From Eledone cirrhosa (lineage: Eukaryota), in NCBI GenBank assembly GCA_964016885.1, contig OZ024751.1, positions 41,850,001-41,914,000 of the forward strand: a DNA stretch of 64,000 nucleotides, read 5' to 3'. Numbering within the stretch: position 1 is the stretch's first letter; every line of letters begins with the position of its first letter. Below, piece after piece: positions 58,110 through 64,000 of this stretch. The notes under the pieces were generated by a model that worked only from the letters and a program-made list of their open reading frames with translations, ran no database searches and was not told the origin of the DNA. The position numbers and the translations under genes are program-made.

Positions 58110-58352
58110 TATTATACATATATATATATTATATATATAGGAGTAAGTAAGACCCCGACGGCTGAGCTCAAGCCGTTTCGACGGCTAATTCTGTACAGAA
58201 TTCAGTACAGAATTCAGTACAGAATTAGCCGTCGAAACGGCTTGAGCTCAGCCGTCGGGGTCTTACTTACTCCTATTACCCACTCTACTACCCCAAGTAT
58301 TGAGTACTTTGGTGCGTTATGGTCCACCTGGTTCCTTACCACTTTTCCCTCG

Positions 58353-58410
<58 letters not shown>

Positions 58411-58439
58411 TATACATATATATATATTATATATATATG

Positions 58440-58502
<63 letters not shown>

Positions 58503-58511
58503 GTGGAACAC

Positions 58512-58568
<57 letters not shown>

Positions 58569-58681
58569 ACATACATATATATATGTGTGTGTGTGTATGT
58601 ATAAACATACATATATATAAGTGTGTGTTTTTATATATATATATATTTAAACGTATATATATTTAAACATACGTATATATA

Positions 58682-58782
<101 letters not shown>

Positions 58783-59133
58783 TATCATAGGAAAATATCT
58801 GATTGTGTCTGTAAACTCTCATTAAAGTAACAATTCTCTGTACTCAGTATATGATTTATCATTGACCCACCAACCATCTATCGTACTGTCTCGATTAAAG
58901 TCATGTTTTGTACTTAATAAAGCTTAAGCAGTAGACAGTCTAATCATGGTGAAAGTAGAATACCAGGCGAGACTCGGTTTACTGTTTGGAGACCCCGTGC
59001 TGTGATTCTGTGATACACTCGCCCTTAATTTATACTCACTTTACGAGCTCTTACTTTAAAGGTGATAGTTTTTAACATCAATAATTCTCATGTTCTGTCT
59101 ACTAACAGCATGATTTTATATATAGAATATATA

Positions 59134-59208
<75 letters not shown>

Positions 59209-59279
59209 ATAGTATATATATATATATATAGAATATATATATATATATATAGAATATATAGTATATATATATATATATA

Positions 59280-59357
<78 letters not shown>

Positions 59358-59418
59358 ATATATATATATACATATACACAAAAATCGGAAATGATATATA
59401 TATATATATACATATATA

Positions 59419-59534
<116 letters not shown>

Positions 59535-59790
59535 AAACGTGCTGCGGGGTTGCTAATGGGTTACATATGAATAAAGTTAGTCCTTCATCAGTGATCTTCC
59601 AACCATCATAGGATACGTAAATAAAGGGGACACGAGTGTAAACAAACAAAAATGGTGAAGCAACGAAAAGTGAGGAAGAAGGAGTCAAGTCCCAAATTTC
59701 TATGAATTTAAATTCGATATCATTTCTGATTTTTGCGTTTCGCTTCGCTTTACCTGCCCGCCGAAATGCGATTCTCGATGAATCTTTATT

Positions 59791-59876
<86 letters not shown>

Positions 59877-59984
59877 GGTGGGTGTATAACAAAGTTATAA
59901 TTTCAATTCTACATATGTAAAGCGGCGAGCCATACCCCGATATTACCATACATATATGAATATATATATATATATATCCCTTTG

Positions 59985-60080
<96 letters not shown>

Positions 60081-60644
60081 TTGGTTTTCTTTGTTTTTGT
60101 TTTATTTTTTAGTGGATGAGGGATGGCGGGAGATAGGAGATTATTATTTTTCAACATTCCGGGCAGTGGATTGGCAATATCGGTAGAGAGTCGGACGCCA
60201 TGCTTTCCAGCATAGATTTACGGCCCTTTATGATTCAGATATTAACACTCAAAAGAGCCACGTATGTAATAACAATTAATCTATTCTGTTAATCATAAAA
60301 AAATTCCAACGTTACCTTCACAAACCTATTAGAAAGCAACGTTGAAAAATGTATTTTAAGGTTTCCACGGAGAAATACTCGTATGTAAAAAGGATAGAAG
60401 GATATATGTCAGTGTGTTTACTTAATTTACACTGTCTCGGTTAAATCTTGTACTATTCTTCTACATATATGTATTTACCAACCATCATAAGGCGTCACGT
60501 CTATTTATATATTCAAATATATATATATATATATGTGTGTGTGTGTATATAATATATATATATATATGTGTGTGTGTGTATATAATATATATACATATAT
60601 GTGTGTGTGTATATATATATATATATATCCGTATTATATATATA

Positions 60645-61430
60645 TGCCCGGATTCTCCAGGGAAGAACATATAGACATGAGCGATGATGCATCTTTATCC
60701 TCACACATCATGAAAGTGGCGACAATGTGCAGACGACTCGCTGGCTGGATCTTGAGGACTTTCCGGTCAAGAGACCGAGACACCATGTTGACACTATGGA
60801 GGACATTTGTCCTAAGCTGCCTGGACCATTGCTCCCAGTTGTGGTTACCCCATAGTGTCAAACTAACCACGGAGCAAACTAAGGCAATCAAGCGAAGCTA
60901 CACCAAGAGGATTGCCACGATGAAGGAGATAAGCTACTGGGAGAGGCTAAAGGAACTGAACCTCTACTTCTTGGAACGAAGACGGGAGAGATACGCAGTG
61001 ATCTACATGTGTGGAAAATCCTGGAGGGACTAGCACCCAACTTTGGCATTGGGAGCTGGACCAACCGTCGAACAGGACGCCACTGTGTGGTGCCAAAGGT
61101 CCCGTCGTCCACATCTAGAATAAGGAGCAGCTATTGCAATAGCCTGGGATTCAAGGGCCCTCAACTTTTCAACAAGCTGCCGAGGGATCTGAGAGATATG
61201 CATGGTGTGGAGGTGGATGTCTTCAAGAAACATCTCGAGACCTTGCTATCCAGGATCCCGGATGAGCCCACAGCAAGGCACGAGGGAAAACTAAGGGCAG
61301 CAGCAACAAACTCCCTCTTACACCAGTGGTCAACCAATACAGGCTGGAGATAAAATGTGTAGCAAAAAGGGAAGTGCCCCAGCATGGCCTCAGCCGGATG
61401 GCTGGAACAGGTAAGAGAGTAAAAGAGTAA
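60645..61430 (+). mobile_element. 5'-truncated CR1/L2-group LINE (post-RT C-terminus plus 3' UTR); short 3' UTR piece also at ~26218-26272
   Basis: GWILRTF..LDHCSQLW..SYWERLKELNLYFLERRRERY..WKILEG..GPQLFNKLP..FKKHL..PDEP with a frameshift near 61010. Confidence 0.85.
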
Positions 61431-62292
61431 ATATAAATATATATATATTCCCACACTTATTAACACCCCATCTCCCATCAGACACACCCAAATCTCTCTT
61501 ATATATATAGTCACACATCACAACACAACCTGATCTCAGTTTGACAATCTCCACTGATGAATGCGAGAAAGTTCTCCAGGAAAGTTAACCAGGAATTTTT
61601 AAAAATCTTCCCACCGAAGTTAACAAAGAACTTACTGGATCTACCAACTCGAAATATTATAATATAAAATGAAATCAAATTATTTAGAAGTACAAGTGAA
61701 GTCATTCTTTTCCTTTTTTTAAATATATATATGTGTATATATACATATATATATATCCGTCTGAGTGTCTAACATTTAGACACATAAACATGATGATACA
61801 CATATACACAATATATTTCCTATCTCATGTTGCTATAAACAGCTTTATAAAATGAAATTTATTGAACACTAAAACTACTTCTCGTATTTTGAAAGTCATT
61901 CGAATGCTTCGTATACTGAGTATAAGTTAAGATAATCTCGAAATGGCAGCTTGTAATGAAATTTATGTTATCAAGTGTATATCTTCTGTCTTAATAACTT
62001 GTCTTCATATTTGTGCTCCATGTTTGTTCCCTAAATATCACAAAATGCAAATATTGTTTTTGCAATTTTTGAAAATGATGTTAATTAGAGTAAACCTCAG
62101 GTCTTACCTTATTACTTTTACACCAACGCAACTTTGGAACAAATTACTGTCGGAAACTCTTGTCCCTCATCCGCCACGCATGTTATTCTACATCTGGCAT
62201 CACCTACACCAAGGTCACTTTGGTATACATTATTGTCGGAATGTTATTGTACATCTGGCATCACCTATACCAAGGTAACTTTGGTAGACATT

Positions 62293-62474
62293 GTGGATTG
62301 GCAGTATCGGTAGAGGGTCGGACGCCATGCTTTGCAGCACAGTTACGTCCCTTTACGGACTGAGTTCAAATCCCGCCGAGGTTAACTTTGCCTTTCATCC
62401 TTACGGGGTCGATAAAATAAAGTACCAGTAATACATTGGGATAATTGCTGGGTTTGTGCCAAAAAGTAGAAACA
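62293..62474 (+). mobile_element. tRNA-derived SINE family 1. Other copies or fragments at ~1-116(-), 640-760(-), 4415-4560, 15648-16025 (two), 18459-18642(-), 31210-31304(-), 38800-38940, 39330-39665, 40000-40105(-), 40278-40600(-), 41365-41470, 49050-49270(-), 49355-50070, 50920-51000(-), 60165-60240
   Basis: A box TGGCAGTATCGG, B box GAGTTCAAATCC, conserved body GCCTTTCATCCTTACGGGGTCGATAAAATAAAGTACCAG, 3' end AGAAACA(ATT)n. Confidence 0.9.
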
Positions 62475-64000
62475 ATTATTGTCGGAATGTTATTGTACAT
62501 CTGGCATCACCTACACCAAGGTAACTTTGGTAGACAATACTGTCGGAAACTCCTGTCTCACCTCCTTCACACATGTTATTGTGCATCTGGCATCGCCCAT
62601 ACGCCAATTTATTTGTACTTTGTAGTTGATCATCGCTGTTTTTATATGAAAGTGGGGCATAAAAATATTTTGGATGTTGAGTTGAGGCATGGGGCACTAA
62701 AGGTTGGGAACCACTGTTCTATGGAGTGCGTAGCTCGGATATCAGAGAGTCACTCCAAGTAGAGCCGTTACTTCTTCAAATTGGGAGATCACAGCTCCAG
62801 ACATGTATAATATTTAGGTTACAAGCGGCCTCCAGTGTCCCTTATTCATTTCGATTTCCATAGTGAAACTCTAATTCAAAATATATATAATTAAATATAT
62901 ATAATGTAATAAACAGTCCGTCTCGTTGACGTTTTGGAAAGGATAAATTTACTTTTAGTGAATTATAAAATGTATGGCATTGATGTTTTGTAATAACCGT
63001 TTTGAACATTGAATTAAAACCAAAAACTGAAAGGCCTCTCGTGACACTGAAAAATATTTTATCTGAAAATTAGTTACTTTTTTTTTTCAGATTCAGGAAC
63101 TATCAGATAAACATTTAAATTAACTTTTTTCTAAATCCTTTCACAGTAAATCATTTATAGAAAAGTTTCCTTGCATATTAAACTCGCCATGTGTATCCGA
63201 GAAATCTGACTGGGAGAAGATCGTGTGCATTAAGAAGAAAAAAATTCACTGCGACAAGAAATTATTCTTGATAACTAAATGTAATTTTAATTTAATCTAG
63301 CAATTGTGAAGTTCTAAGAGAGAGGGGTGTTGTAATAATGATCATGGTAGAGATAGCTTTTGTTGTCATGTTGGCTGATATTCTTAAGGTGTCTAAAGTT
63401 GGTTATATTAGTGATTAATGTTAAAGAAGTCAAAACTGATTATCTGAGTGGGTGGTTACGTAAAAAACGAACAGTTTACCTCGCCCTGGGATAAAAGGAA
63501 ATTGATTTTTTTCAAAATTCTCATAACTAAACATACTACTAAAACATACTACTTTATAAAATAAAGATATAAAACAGATAAATAAACGATACCAGATGTG
63601 ATCTCAACTGACATTACTCCATCATTGGGAAATTTTATGCAAGAGAACACAGAGCTATTTTACATCTATACACATCTTCACTGTGGACAAAGCATAGTCG
63701 AGTAGTTAAAAAGATCGATTTATAATCAATTATTAAGCCCCGAAATCAATAAATCGATACCCCTGCGAGGAATTTTAGGCAAGTGCCATTTACCATAGCT
63801 TCAGATCGATCCAAGTATTGTTAAGGAAATTTGGGTATACAGAAAATGTTTGGAAATCCGTCGGATGGACTCTGTACCTGTAATTGAAAAGGCCAGCCAG
63901 CCCTTGTCAGATACTGTTTCATGCAGTGGGATCTCTCTGAGAATTACGATAAGGGTACACCCATCTGTGGAATACTAAGACACTTCCCTATGGAGCAAAA

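Noticed and set aside
62293-62380. tRNA gene
   Set aside because: A and B boxes are present, but there is no cloverleaf and it continues into a SINE body found in many copies.

Overview
AT-rich, microsatellite-dense eukaryotic DNA with no confidently identifiable host gene. The SINE types and (TA)n density suggest an invertebrate, probably an octopod cephalopod (inference). One long ORF is intact: a 1130-aa R4/Dong-type non-LTR retrotransposon (RT plus restriction-like endonuclease, 10939-14331, minus). It is stacked head-to-tail with two truncated copies inside a (TAA)n tract. There are also fragments of a Penelope-like (PLE) RT, Tx1-like, RTE and CR1-group LINEs, many tRNA-derived SINEs, MITE-like repeats and several minisatellites. 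The main unannotated signal is a set of at least 7 sequence-distinct families of short non-coding inserts in (TA)n tracts that carry type I hammerhead ribozymes (HHR: stem I-CUGANGA-stem II-GAAA-short, often palindromic stem III-UH-stem I'). One family is a 469-bp tandem unit resembling a retrozyme. Many inserts are folded back into palindromes whose turning point lies in or just 5' of the ribozyme, and most share a YGAGTRC motif near their 3' ends. All RNA folds were read by eye and are untested.
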